Shown: positions 22,387-34,143, counted from the first letter of the whole stretch. The stretch is 63,992 nucleotides of DNA, filler included, from Stramenopiles sp. TOSAG23-3 (GCA_900128585.1; 17 parts of 17 records of this genome joined end to end with filler, not necessarily neighbours in it); one strand, 5' to 3'. Translations and numbers: made by a program. Notes: a model not told the origin generated them from the sequence alone.

Positions 22387-22486
22387 NNNNNNNNNNNNNN
22401 NNNNNNNNNNNNNNNNNNNNNNNNNNNNNNTTAATTAATTAANNNNNNNNNNNNNNNNNNNNNNNNNNNNNNNNNNNNNNNNNNNN

Positions 22487-24625
22487 TCGCTAATAACCAA
22501 CAATGTCTGAACATTCATTTGCCCTCGCGATGGTTGGGTACGTCTTGGATGAGGGATAACGATTTCATGAATTGAATCTTTGTACGACAGTATGCGGGGC
22601 AATTTCCCAGGGGCGGGTGTGCCTGCTCGCGCCATGCCTTTTGCATTGGGCCCGAGCCGAATCGGGGGGAATCGTTTGAGGCTGCTGTCGATTTCAAACC
22701 TGCTTTTGCCCCATGCCCCATTGTTGCCGGAGGTCTTATCGTTGGGGGGCAGATGCTGCTGCAAATGGTGTTCTAAAAATTTGATTCGGGAAAGTTCTTT
22801 TATGTAATCCCCGTCTCTGTCCTTTAAAATACCAGTCAAACGATTGTTTGGTTGAAAGTTTCCACCCAAACGCCCGGGAGTAGGAAATGTCTGTGCCCCT
22901 CCGGGACCAATTGGGGTAGATGTCATGTGCTCGTCCGGTCCTGGCAATGAATTCCCGGCAGGAAACAGCCCAGACGTTAAGAATGAGTGTTTCATGCTCT
23001 CTTGGTTTTCCAAAATGGAAATGGGGACTTGCCCGACCTTTGTCGTGCATTCGAAGTCTTTCTTTAATTTTCTCATGTGCGCGGATACTGGCCGAAGAAA
23101 GCGAATGTCCGTATTGATTGGTTCTGCACAAGGGGCGTCGATGCGATCCAAAAAGCCGTTTAATTGGTTTCGAGGTGAACGGACATTGAACCCGTCGTTG
23201 TGCCTTTTGCCTGTTGTTGTCTGCAACAAGTCCGACAGACCAAATTCTGGTTCGTCCGTGGCAGTAGATGGTAGCAGTTGGGGAAGCGGGATAATTTTAA
23301 ATGCAGACAAGTTTGGGTCCAGCCGCAGTGTTGTAAACGGTGTCTTCAGCAAGATTCGAGAGGCTGGGTCTGGTAGTAGTGTTTGTGGTGCAATTGCTAA
23401 ACCGGCTCGTGGGTTTGTATCAACAGTATCAACTTCCTTCGCCCTTTTCGGTTTTGTTTTCTTCTTCTTCTTGTTCCCAGGCAATTTTTTCTTGGCAGCT
23501 TTGATTTTCTTCTTTCGTCGCTTTCCTTTTTTTTTTTTTGACGGAGCTTTGGCAGTGTCATTGCAATTTGGTACAGGCGACTCCACTGCTATTTCTTCTT
23601 GTGTTGTTTTGTTCCGTTGCCCCAATTGATTCTTTTCAAGCCATTCTTTCTGCCATCCAACGATATTTGTGGACACTGCTGAGGATGATGGGGGGCGCGA
23701 GGACAATGGTGGTTCATCGTCCAATTCTGGCTCAACATTGCTAGTGACACCTGTCGTTGACATCGGTTCTTCGACTTGGTCGGTCGCCGTTCCAATTGGA
23801 GAGGCATTAATGTCGCCAACGTTGGGTGGTTCCATTTGGTCCTCATCAACGGCGGTAACCTTCTTTGGAATAGCGTGGTCCTTTGGTTTGAACAATTGCG
23901 TGGCGTTGCCAGTGACCAAGTTTAGCACCGGTTTGGTTTCTGTCCCTGTGTCGGTAATTCTTTCGACGGCGGGTACGACCGCTGCCTCGTGCTCGGCAGG
24001 GATAGTTGTCGGCTGCATCGGAGCCTCTTCTTCGGGGTCGGGCTGATTTCGCGCAGTGGCGACGGGAGGGGCAACTGCGTCGGGCAGCTTATCGTCTGCA
24101 TTGTTGTTTTGGAGAGCAGAAACTGTTGGGGTCGCATCTTCTTCGCCTTGTTGATTGTCGATCGGCCCTTTATCTATGTTTGTAGCTTCGCTGCCGAGAC
24201 CGGTGGGCGCCACCGCAGGCAATGATACAGATGGGAGGATTGCTGAACCAACGGAAAGTCTTTGCTGTTCCACGGCGACCGTTTGTTCTTCTTTTGCCGT
24301 TTGCCCTTCTGCTCCCGTCGTTTGCACGTCTATTCCCGCCGTTTGCACGTCTTTTCCCGCCGTTTGCACCTCTGCAGTAATAACAGGCGGTTGTGCTTTC
24401 ACCGCCTCGCTCTCCCTGAATTCACGTTCTACGCGTAGTTCGAATTCGCGTCGTTCTTTCTTTTCTTGGGCAACCTGTTTTCGCCGCGCGGCTATCTTCT
24501 CAGCAATAGTGGGGGACTCAACTTTCTTAGGAGAAGGAACGTATACAATCTTTGGCTCTCGCATTCGTTTGGGAGTGCTGCATTTGACAGATTTGACCTT
24601 TTCTACCGCGACCTCTTTTTTACAT
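22487..24625 (-). CDS. Internal fragment of a large, mostly disordered protein
   Basis: Frame open across the whole contig (>700 codons). P/T/E-rich with a K-rich tract. Confidence 0.7.
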
Positions 24626-24725
24626 NNNNNNNNNNNNNNNNNNNNNNNNNNNNNNNNNNNNNNNNNNNNTTAATTAATTAANNNNNNNNNNNNNNNNNNN
24701 NNNNNNNNNNNNNNNNNNNNNNNNN

Positions 24726-26158
24726 AGGCGGGCAAAATAAACGTCTTGGAAGCGAAGAGGAAGGAGCCGGAAACTAGTGGTGCTGGAAGGGCACCGCGGC
24801 CAAAAGGTTCAGTTGCAGAGGACGAAAGTGAATTCGGTTATATTGTTCCTGGGGAAGTGGAAGCGCGAGACGAAGAGAGACGGAAACCTGTGAAAGTAGA
24901 TCAGGGAGGCATGAGCGCAGTTGATACTCCCGAACGTGTCGTCCCAAGCTTGCACCCCGTCATCCGCCGAGGCAAAACGTGTGTAACTTGTGTAATTGAC
25001 GTCGAATGTTCAGACGCAACCAAAAAATGGTTAGGGAAACCAAAACACCCGTTTCACAAAACCACAGCTGTGGGCGAACTAACCCTAGTTTTTTCATTTC
25101 TAAACTTTGCTGTGGGCGATGTAATTTTTTGTTTTCTAGAATTTGACGAGATGAAGAAAGGCACATTAAGGCAAAGGCACATTGTTGGCAAATGGAAAAA
25201 GTTCAGCATCAAGAACCTGGACAGCGAAGCAAAGACGTTAACGTGCCGTGCGCAGGACCACCAACCCATCGTCATACCCTTAGCCTCCGCAGTGTACTTT
25301 GACCAATTTGCAGAGCTTGTGCGAATGCCCGCAACGGGCACGGAACCGACACACTTCATAGCCCACTGCGAATCCAAAGACAGGATTTTTCGGTACCAGC
25401 AGAACCTCAAAATGGACCGTGCCAAGTACAACGCGGGAGCATATGGGCGAGAGGAGGCCCCGCGAATGCGTATGGCATCGTTATCAAGACAGTCGAAGCA
25501 TACTTTTCAGCAAAAACCTGGAAATTCCACAAAACGATGCTGCAGTATTTACCTAGATGACTGCACGGCTGGGTACACGAAAATGCTCCTGTCGGGCAAA
25601 CAAGAGGCCGGCAGCGCAGAGACGGCCCACACTTCAGACGAACTGTACGTTCCAAACTTGGACCCCTTCGTGTGTTTCGAAATAAAACGTCAACATGAAC
25701 ACGTCCACGTTTTTGCAGCATCGTTCGGGAACCTACTCAAGGTCCTGCGACCCCAACCGAACGAATCGCAAAAAATCAACCCTCCGGTAGAGAATATAAC
25801 CTCCATATGGGCGGATTACTGCTGCACTGCTGACAACCCCACTGTTAAGCAAGATTTTACGTTTGTGTTTCGAACGCTTGTCACCCGGACAAACCCGAGC
25901 CTGTACGTCGGAGTCAACCTCGCAACTCGTGGCGGAGTGCACTTACGAGCGGGCGATCCCAAGAAAGCACAGGGAAAGAAGAAAGGCCTCGCGCAACAGG
26001 TTTTGCGCTCGAACGAATTGATCCACAAGTGGTCCTACAACAACTCGAAATATTTTTACCTTCGGCCAGTCCCGGATAGTTACGAATGTTATCAGGGGAA
26101 AGGGGGCGTGCATATGTACTCTCAAATATTTCAATTGGTTAGTGTTCTAAAATTTTAA
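24726..26158 (+). CDS. 5'-partial hypothetical protein, possible Rossmann methyltransferase-like C-terminal domain
   Basis: ~470 codons open. The C-terminal strand/helix pattern IYLDD...LYVPN...SIWADYCCT...YVGVNL is suggestive only. Confidence 0.6.
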
Positions 26159-26545
26159 AGCAGGACGAGATCCCAAACGGCACTTCAACGAATCCCACAC
26201 AACGACCCTCCTCCGACACTCCAACTCACAAATGACAATCCCTTAACTGATTTACATAGCAGACAACGAGCACCTCTAAAACAATTAAGCCGCTGCTTTG
26301 ACGATCACACAAGGAACGAGCCATCTACGAGTGGAACACCGGACGAAGAAGTTGATTATAGGTCATGTGGAAGCAGTGTTAATCTATCTACTGATTCAGA
26401 CCATAAATGGAGTACATTTGAGAATGATAGTCAATACTAAGTGACAAGGGTATGTCGATTAGTCAGACCAAAAGAACAAAGATAGATTTCAGTTCGCAGT
26501 ACATTAATTTCACTTACTTAAATAACAGCCAATTTTCTTGTTTTT
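26159..26545 (+). mobile_element. Longest family A copy: 94-codon ORF remnant + 3' UTR + T-tail
   Basis: Met-less open frame 26159-26440 (...RAPLKQ...DEEVDY...TDSDHKWSTFENDSQY*), then ~105 nt ending AATAACAGCCAATTTTCTTGTTTTT. The 5' boundary upstream of 26268 is inferred from the open frame only. Confidence 0.7.
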
Positions 26546-26557
26546 AAAAAAAGTAAG

Positions 26558-26748
26558 ATCATAAATGGAGTACATCTGAGAATGATAGTCAAGACTAAGT
26601 GGCAAGGGTATATCGATTAGTAAGACCAAAAGAGCAAAGATAAGTTCGCAGTTCATGAAGGAATGTTAACCTAGAATGTCTTAATCTAGATTTCAGTTCG
26701 CAGTACATTAATTTTAATTATTTAAATAATAGCCAATTTTCTTGTTTT
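26558..26748 (+). mobile_element. Second tandem family A copy (composite) with ~12-13-bp TSD
   Basis: T(A)7GTAAG at 26545-26557 and T(A)6GTAAG at 26749-26760 flank the copy. Confidence 0.7.
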
Positions 26749-27163
26749 TAAAAAAGTAAGCTAAGCTAAATTTAAAAAACATGAAGGAATGTAAACCTTT
26801 AATGGACAAAAGGAGCAGATTCATTTTCGCGGTACATGAGAAAGCTAAATTTTAATTACTNNNNNNNNNNNNNNNNNNNNNNNNNNNNNNNNNNNNNNNN
26901 NNNNTTAATTAATTAANNNNNNNNNNNNNNNNNNNNNNNNNNNNNNNNNNNNNNNNNNNNCAAGTTGAATAAGCACAGATAATAACGAGTGATTCAGCTC
27001 TTTCTCTTGTTTGTTTTGATTTATACACTATTTCTTCCTTTGGCTGTTCGTTTGCTTCGTTCTCGTTGACGATCGCTGCCCTTTTTTCAATTTATTGCAA
27101 AGGAGCTCGTTGTTATTTATTACGTTACCGATTGCTTGAAAGGAAGGCTTGCAGTTCGGCACC

Positions 27164-28588
27164 ATGTCAGAGACCTCTTCTCGTCCACAATCGCGGGCGC
27201 AGACTGCGCCGATCAGCACCGTTCCATCGAGTGCACGGTCGAAACTTAGGACCTCTCAGGGTATTCGAGGGGGTGGTGATAAGAAACTCATGAGGAGACG
27301 GGCCAGGGCCCAAGCCCAGCAGGCCTGGTTCGACCGGTACCGGCACATCCCAGGGGAGTACCAGTTCGAGGACTACCACGATCAGGAGGGGATGGGTGAA
27401 GGGTTCGTCACATGGTCGTGGAACAAAGAAATGAGGAGGGTGCACTGTGGTTTGATTCGAAACGCAAAGTCTTACGTGGTGGAGGACGTTGAAAAGCACG
27501 AAGTTCTTGCCGACAAACTGGCGATTTTATTTGACACAACCGAGGTTAGGAAACGGGAGCGCGTGCTCTGGGAACGAAAACTGCAGAAAGAAAATTTGCA
27601 CATGCTGAAGAATATCTCCAACATGCAGAAGGAGGTGACGGATATTGGGGAAACGTTGAATCCTGAGTGGAGAAAGAAGCAGGTGGAAAAGGCCCTAGAG
27701 CATACGAAACACCTGCGAATAGCGAGGCAAGTGGAGTTGGACAGCATGAACGCGGACAATCGCCAACTGCTGGAGTTTCTTTCCAAGGCCAAGCCGTACT
27801 ACAGCAACAAAGACCAGGAAAGCCACTGGAAACGGCACGTGCGGCTCCGAAAAGCGATGAGGAAAGTCATGCCCAAGAAGAAGAAGAAGAAGAAGAAGGC
27901 AAAACCGAGCCCGAACGATGTGTCGGACACGATGTTCACGCTGGACAAGGGAACGCCCCGGCTCCTTCCCATCGGGGCCCGCGGGAGGAGGGGGCGAACC
28001 CCTTCCGTACAAACGCGGGGAGAGGTTGTGCTGGCGAACATGTACCAGCACGCCTTTGCCAACGCTGGCCTGCCTGGCTCGACGGCGGGCGAGATAGTGA
28101 GCCGGGCCACAACGCCAGCCACCCGAAACGCTGGTCAAAGGGGACCTACGGCAACGCCCAGCCAGTCGGCCCTCGGGGCGCTCGGCATGAGTGCGTATTC
28201 GAACGCCCTCCGCCCGTCCAGCAGCGCAAAGGGGATGAGTGAGGCGCTACTAGACGGCCACTACGACGTAGGAGACGAGCAAAACATGCTGATGGCCCCG
28301 AAGCAGCTCATGATTGGGGGTCGCCACACGATGATGTCGGTGTTTCGAACGAGCAGCGGCGATGGGTCGATCAAATTCAAATGCGAAGACGTGGGCAGCG
28401 GGAACGTCCGGGCCGTCTACGTGCTACCGAGCGAGATCCGACGGGTGTGTGATTCCAACAGCGTGCTGTTCAACACAAAGTCGTCAAAATTGAACCGGTT
28501 CGAGCGCGTGGCCCTGCTGCTGGATCTGGAAGGGGCCTTTGATGGGAAACTGCGGAACATGAGAAAGGCCTACAACGAGCAAGGTTGA
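27164..28588 (+). CDS. CFAP97/hemingway (KIAA1430)-like domain protein
   Basis: KLQKENLHMLKNI...ELDSMNADNRQLLEFLSKAKPYYS...ESHWKRH resembles the CFAP97 domain. ATG at 27164. Confidence 0.6.
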   Translation: MSETSSRPQSRAQTAPISTVPSSARSKLRTSQGIRGGGDKKLMRRRARAQAQQAWFDRYRHIPGEYQFEDYHDQEGMGEGFVTWSWNKEMRRVHCGLIRNAKSYVVEDVEKHEVLADKLAILFDTTEVRKRERVLWERKLQKENLHMLKNISNMQKEVTDIGETLNPEWRKKQVEKALEHTKHLRIARQVELDSMNADNRQLLEFLSKAKPYYSNKDQESHWKRHVRLRKAMRKVMPKKKKKKKKAKPSPNDVSDTMFTLDKGTPRLLPIGARGRRGRTPSVQTRGEVVLANMYQHAFANAGLPGSTAGEIVSRATTPATRNAGQRGPTATPSQSALGALGMSAYSNALRPSSSAKGMSEALLDGHYDVGDEQNMLMAPKQLMIGGRHTMMSVFRTSSGDGSIKFKCEDVGSGNVRAVYVLPSEIRRVCDSNSVLFNTKSSKLNRFERVALLLDLEGAFDGKLRNMRKAYNEQG

Positions 28589-28659
28589 AATGCTTTAAAG
28601 TAGGCAACGGCGCCAAGATGCACTTTTTGTAAATATTAATTACGAAGTTAGTAACATTG

Positions 28660-28745
28660 ATTAGTAAACTCACAGGACAGAGATAAGTTCGCAGTACTAT
28701 GTTATGTGAATAACACTTAAACTAACAGCCAATTTTTTGTTTTTA
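28660..28745 (+). mobile_element. Diverged family A copy
   Basis: TTAGTAAACTCACAGG...GATAAGTTCGCAGTAC...TAACAGCCAATTTTTTGTTTTT. Confidence 0.6.
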
Positions 28746-28966
28746 GTTTTTTTATAAGACTCTCTGATCAATTTTCGCAGTACAGGAGGAAGATAAATTT
28801 TAATTACTTTACTTCCTTATAAATAGAACAGTCAACTTTTTCTCTTTTATCTAGACAAAACACTGCCACAAGCTAGGTCAGAAAACCCACCCGCCGGGAC
28901 GGTGCAAAAATAATATTGCGGCATATTTATTTTTAGTTTTTATTATACCAGTAAAAAAAAAGAATT

Positions 28967-29095
28967 AAAAAATAAATAAATTATATAGTATGTTTTAAGA
29001 CTCTCAAAAAAAAGAATTAAAAACAAGAAAATTGGCTGTTATTTAAGTAATTAAAATTAATGTACTGCGAACTGAAAACTGAAAACTGAAATCTA
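28967..29095 (-). mobile_element. Family C insertion (28967-29005, 13-bp TSD) abutting a family A copy (29019-29095)
   Basis: AAAAAAAAGAATT at 28954-28966 and 29006-29018. The A copy runs into the contig end. Confidence 0.7.
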
Positions 29096-29195
29096 NNNNN
29101 NNNNNNNNNNNNNNNNNNNNNNNNNNNNNNNNNNNNNNNTTAATTAATTAANNNNNNNNNNNNNNNNNNNNNNNNNNNNNNNNNNNNNNNNNNNN

Positions 29196-29196
29196 T

Positions 29197-29257
<61 letters not shown>

Positions 29258-29410
29258 TTCTTCTTCTTCTTCTTTCTTCTTCTTTCTTCTTCTTCTTCTT
29301 CTTCTTCTTCTTTCTTTTTTCTTTTTCTTCTTTTTCTTCTTCTTCTTCTTCTTCTTCTTTCTTTTCTTTTTCTTCTTCTTCTTCTTCTTTCTTCTTCTTC
29401 TTTTCTTTTC
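29196..29410. repeat. (TTTC)n/(TTC)n pyrimidine microsatellite tract
   Basis: Over 200 nt of T/C only. Confidence 0.9.
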
Positions 29411-29833
29411 TTGGCTTTTGCTCTTGGCTCTTTGGCTTCCTTGAAATTCTTGAATCTCGAATCTCCTCTCGAACCGTTAGAGAATTTCAAGATTAATATA
29501 AAATAATTATTTATAATATAATAATAATTATTGGCATATAATAGTTTACATAGTGATGATGATATATAACCAGTAAGAGAAGTAATAAACACAATAATAA
29601 TCTTCTTCTTGATGAGATTTATTATATTTTGATTTTTTTGCTGGTTGTTACTACGTTACCGGTACTACTAACAACCGACTACCGGTAGGAACTTTTGTTT
29701 GTTTGCTGGGTTCTGTGTTCCTCATCGTTTTAAATAATGCAGCATGCCGTTATAAAGACATTTTCCTTCTTTTTTGTTTGTTACGAATACTTATAAGGAT
29801 TCATTTGTTGAGAGTTGAATTTCGAACAATCCG

Positions 29834-31198
29834 ATGAAGCACTATAGGTTTGGGAAGCGAAAGGCTCCAAAGAGACGGCGAAAGCAGCCTGGGGAAGTTG
29901 CAGTCCCGCCAACTTCGCCATCGTCACAAGGTTCCAGCTCGGAGCCGTCTAGTCCTATGTCAGCGCCGGTGACGGACGGGGAGGTATGGGAGAAGAAGTC
30001 CAATCGGAAGGGGTTCACCTATTTTGTAAACAGAGTCACGGGCGATACGGTTTGGGAAAAGCCAAATGAAACTGCGGTGGAAGGCGGCAACCCCGAGGGT
30101 GGCAACAGCAACGTGTGGGACGAGTGGGCGAAGAATGGATTGGAACAATCGAAACAGGTTTGGGAGTCTTACACGGACGAAGTTTCAGGGCACGAGTATT
30201 ACCACAACCCAATAACCGGGGAAAATACCTGGGTAATGCCCGGTGACGCCACGGTGGTGCCTGGGATACGCGAAGATACGACGGGGAACAGTGCGGCCGG
30301 CGGCGAGGCACGGGGCAGGGTTGGAGACTGGGAGCTATGCTATGACAAGGACGGGACCCCATACTATTACAATTTTAAGACGGAGGAAAGTGCATGGGAC
30401 CTACCCTCCCAGAAACAAGGTAGCCGAAACCGTTCGAAAAGGAACAAAAGGTCGACAGCGGACGGATCATTCACTAGCGATTCTGAATACTCGGATGATT
30501 CTGACAGTTCGTACGAAGATCTGGAAGGGGGGGACGTTATGGAGAAATTGAGAAAGTCTGCCGTCGAACTGGGCAGCAAAGCAAGTGATATAGTCAATCG
30601 AGTGGGCCCACAAGCGAAAGATATTGGGGAAAAGGCGTGGAATTTTTCAAAGGAACAGGGCTCATGGGTAGCATCTGCAAGCGCCGCAGGAGTGACGTCA
30701 TTGTGGGGGTGGATGTCGAGAGTCGCGAGTAGAGAAAATTTAGAGTGGGTTCAGGAAGGATCCATTTCTGTTGTCAGTAGCATTCAAGACTGGGTTGACG
30801 AAGTCGCAGTCGATCCGGATGCAGGAGTAGAACAATTGGTCAATTCGGCGTCTAAACATGGAGAAGAAACTGTTGGGTGGATGCTGGGGCATAAAAAGGA
30901 GGACACGCCGTTTGATGCAAACGGCGAAGCGGACGATATCGAAAACAACATCAACAAGGAAAATAAAGAAAAACAGAAATACGCTCAAATAACGTTTAAG
31001 CCCTCTGATATAGAAAGTGCAAAAGTTGGGTCTGACCTGGGTGCAGAGAGCGACACTCCCGTGGAACCGATAGGAAAAGTCGTACAGGAAGTAGCGAAAG
31101 AGCACGGGAACTTTCAAGCAAAGAAGCTCGGCAATAGTATAGATGAAATCAGCGCACGAATCAAAGGGATGGACCCAGCTGCGAGTTTATCTAAATAA
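29834..31198 (+). CDS. Triple WW-domain protein
   Basis: WEKK...TYFVNRVTGDTVWEKP, WESY...EYYHNPITGENTWVMP, WELC...PYYYNFKTEESAWDLP. Confidence 0.88.
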   Translation: MKHYRFGKRKAPKRRRKQPGEVAVPPTSPSSQGSSSEPSSPMSAPVTDGEVWEKKSNRKGFTYFVNRVTGDTVWEKPNETAVEGGNPEGGNSNVWDEWAKNGLEQSKQVWESYTDEVSGHEYYHNPITGENTWVMPGDATVVPGIREDTTGNSAAGGEARGRVGDWELCYDKDGTPYYYNFKTEESAWDLPSQKQGSRNRSKRNKRSTADGSFTSDSEYSDDSDSSYEDLEGGDVMEKLRKSAVELGSKASDIVNRVGPQAKDIGEKAWNFSKEQGSWVASASAAGVTSLWGWMSRVASRENLEWVQEGSISVVSSIQDWVDEVAVDPDAGVEQLVNSASKHGEETVGWMLGHKKEDTPFDANGEADDIENNINKENKEKQKYAQITFKPSDIESAKVGSDLGAESDTPVEPIGKVVQEVAKEHGNFQAKKLGNSIDEISARIKGMDPAASLSK

Positions 31199-31328
31199 AA
31201 ACAAGAAAATTGGCTGTTATTTAAAAGTAATTAAATAAAACAAGAAAAGTTGGCTGTTATTTTTTATAGTAATTAAAATTAAAGAAAAAAAGAAGGTGTC
31301 AGTTCAAGAACAATGTCTCCTCCTATTG
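31197..31328 (-). mobile_element. Tandem family A mini-copy + family B copy at the WW-gene stop codon
   Basis: AAAAACAAGAAAATTGGCTGTTATTT begins within the TAA. A second tail at 31237 leads into the B body. Confidence 0.7.
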
Positions 31329-31428
31329 NNNNNNNNNNNNNNNNNNNNNNNNNNNNNNNNNNNNNNNNNNNNTTAATTAATTAANNNNNNNNNNNNNNNN
31401 NNNNNNNNNNNNNNNNNNNNNNNNNNNN

Positions 31429-31588
31429 AATCCAAGTGATTCATGTCGCATTTTAAAATTATTTTGGAAACCAACCCAATGATATGCCTATGTAATAAAT
31501 ATCCCTATTAAAACACATTAGAATACAAAATGAATAAAAGGGTTGGTTTCCAAAATAATTTTAAAATGCGACATGAATCACTCGGATT
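31429..31588. repeat. 49-bp inverted repeat (48/49 match) with 62-nt spacer
   Basis: 31429-31477 is the reverse complement of 31540-31588. Confidence 0.9.
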
Positions 31589-31769
31589 ATCTGTTAGCGG
31601 TATATGAAAGCAAAGTAAAAATAGACCTAGTACGTAATAAGCTAAATATTAGATAGGAAAATCTGTTCGGACAACACAAATTCAACAAAAAAAGGTAAAT
31701 AGCAGTAGAAACAGTTCTGAATGGCCAGATTAATTTTTTAATGTTAACATCAATTTAGCACTGACATAA

Positions 31770-33561
31770 ATTGATAGCGTTGTGCAGCATTGGATTATAC
31801 GTTAAGGAAGGAACATTTGGGCTTCATCAATCGATCAACCGTTACGAAAGAGGAGGAAGAAAAAATGCGATGGTGATGATGTATAGCTCTCAGGAATATC
31901 CGCATGGCTGTGAAACTATTTTAAGAGGTGCTATCTTGATGTAAACATATTAAACACGGAAAATAATGAAATGATACTATATGCTGTAGCAATGTAAATG
32001 GAAAATGAATAGCTTCACTTTGATAATTAAGGCTGGTACCTTTGAAATAATATTTGTTATATATACATTTAATATACAAATATAAAATTAAAATTACCAC
32101 ACATTGCTTTCTTTTTACTAAAACAATGGTGATTGTAGTTAAATAGTATCACATTGGCAGTGATAATTGATTAGGAAAAATAAGATTTTTATATTCTTTT
32201 TTTTAATAAATAAAAAATGTGACAAACCTTTATGCTCTGCAGGTATTAACTGAATGAATACTTTTTTTCGCGCAATTACATATTATTAAGGATTCTATTG
32301 ATAATGTTGTATCTTTTGCGTATTTTTGGAACATTAAGATATGTTTGGCGGTACTACAAGTATTACAATTAAACCGTATATAGAACCCCACACAAACATT
32401 GGTACAAAAAAGGCGTATTCATGATTTTACATAGGCAAATTAGCAGGAATGGACAGCCGAGGCCTCGTTTGTCCACTGTATGCTAATAATGGGTGTACTT
32501 GTCGACGATCGGACCTTGGGAAAACGACAAATCGATGTACATAGGCGGAAGCCGGAAGCCGTCGATTGTTTGCTAAAACCATATTCCATCGCAAGAAGGT
32601 GCTCCTTAATATTGATTGACTGTACAAAAAAAAAAGTTGATAAAAAAAATATTTATGTGTACTGTATTTTAAATTATTATTTATAATAAAATATTGATCT
32701 AATGAATAATGATTGATAAACAAACAATCTTATGGAAGATAAACCTTTACGTTGCGTTGCGTTGCACTCAGGATGATAACTAAAGTCAAGAATTTAAGTA
32801 AAAAAACAACAACCGTTATTAAGGATAGGTCCCTATACTTCTTAACATATTCTGGCATGAGTGTAGAGTCGGATGGGGCATAGCTAAGGTAGGTGCCTGC
32901 GTCGGTGTGCTTATAATCTCTACCAAGCACAAACATCACATGTCGCTGTTCAAACTGATTCTCATCCGCCGAAGCATATTTTAAAAAATAAATACATGTA
33001 TATATATTTCAAGATGCATACTAATTTTAAGTACAATTTTTAATACATTATTGCATTAATGTACGATAAAAGGTACTTCTATTTGTACTTCATTGTATTC
33101 TATTTTGTTTTGATAGATGGTGATATAAACATAATACATACACAGACCATTGATTTAGCATTTGAACTTCTAATTATCGACAAATAGGTAAATTTTAGAA
33201 ATAGGCCCGACCCTTCAGGCATCCCGAAGGGTCATAACAGTAGAAACAGTTGTTTACCGCCAGATGAATTTTAGAGTTTTTATTTTATTTTTTATTTTAT
33301 TTTATAACATCAAAATAGCACTGACCTAAATTGATAGCGTTGTGCAGCATTGGATTATATGTTAAGGCAAATGGAGTAAAATATAATGATTCAATGAGTC
33401 AATAAAATAGATTGATGATATATTTGTTTTTTACAAATATGTAGAGAGAGGATCTGCAACAACAACGATGATTGAGAAAAAGAAGAAGAGGATTTTCTTC
33501 TTTACTTTACCCAAATGTTCCTTCCTTAACGTATAATCCAATGCTGCACAACGCTATCAAT
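31770..33561. mobile_element. Probable non-autonomous long-TIR DNA element
   Basis: 31770-31821 is the perfect reverse complement of 33510-33561 (52 bp, cut by the contig end). An internal direct copy at ~33238-33367 matches ~31702-31808. Confidence 0.5.
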
Positions 33562-33661
33562 NNNNNNNNNNNNNNNNNNNNNNNNNNNNNNNNNNNNNNN
33601 NNNNNTTAATTAATTAANNNNNNNNNNNNNNNNNNNNNNNNNNNNNNNNNNNNNNNNNNNN

Positions 33662-34143
33662 GGTGTGCACAAGTGTACAATCTGTAACGATTTGTCATTG
33701 AAATCGACAGAGGCGTTTGAATAAGATATTAAACGAAACGTAGTCTTGCCCTCAATAATTTGTTCTTTAAAAACACCTCCCCAAATACCTAGGCCCCCAC
33801 CCCAGGACTTTGTCAAGCAATTCCATTCCAATTGTATCTGGAATTGGGAAAAGATACACATTTCTGTAATTCGAGATGACAATAGAAGAATAACTTTACC
33901 ATGATAACTGTTTTTATTTGGTTTAGTCTCTAACATCACTGTTCCGTGAGAAATGTATGACATTGCTTCTAATTTGTGTCTGATATCACTGAGGTTTACT
34001 TTGAGATCTGTTTTTTCACCACACGAAATATTACTGTCCCCCAATCTCTTAGCAATCGATTCAATTTCTTTTGCCAATTGCCTCGCTGTGGTGACTTTGG
34101 ATCCATATCTCGGAGAATCATTTACCGGGAAACGCGACATCAA
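33662..34143 (-). pseudogene. Degenerate ORF fragment of unknown family
   Basis: Open to the contig edge; upstream coding-like sequence is interrupted by stops. Confidence 0.3.

Noticed and set aside
26399-26760. Tandem units as a CRISPR-like array
   Set aside because: Units are long, homologous along their length, dispersed elsewhere and TSD-flanked. No unique spacers or cas genes, and the context is eukaryotic.
28660-29095. Inverted family A ends as MITE terminal inverted repeats
   Set aside because: Most copies are solo or tandem with their own TSDs and variable truncation. Inverted pairs are better explained by independent insertions.
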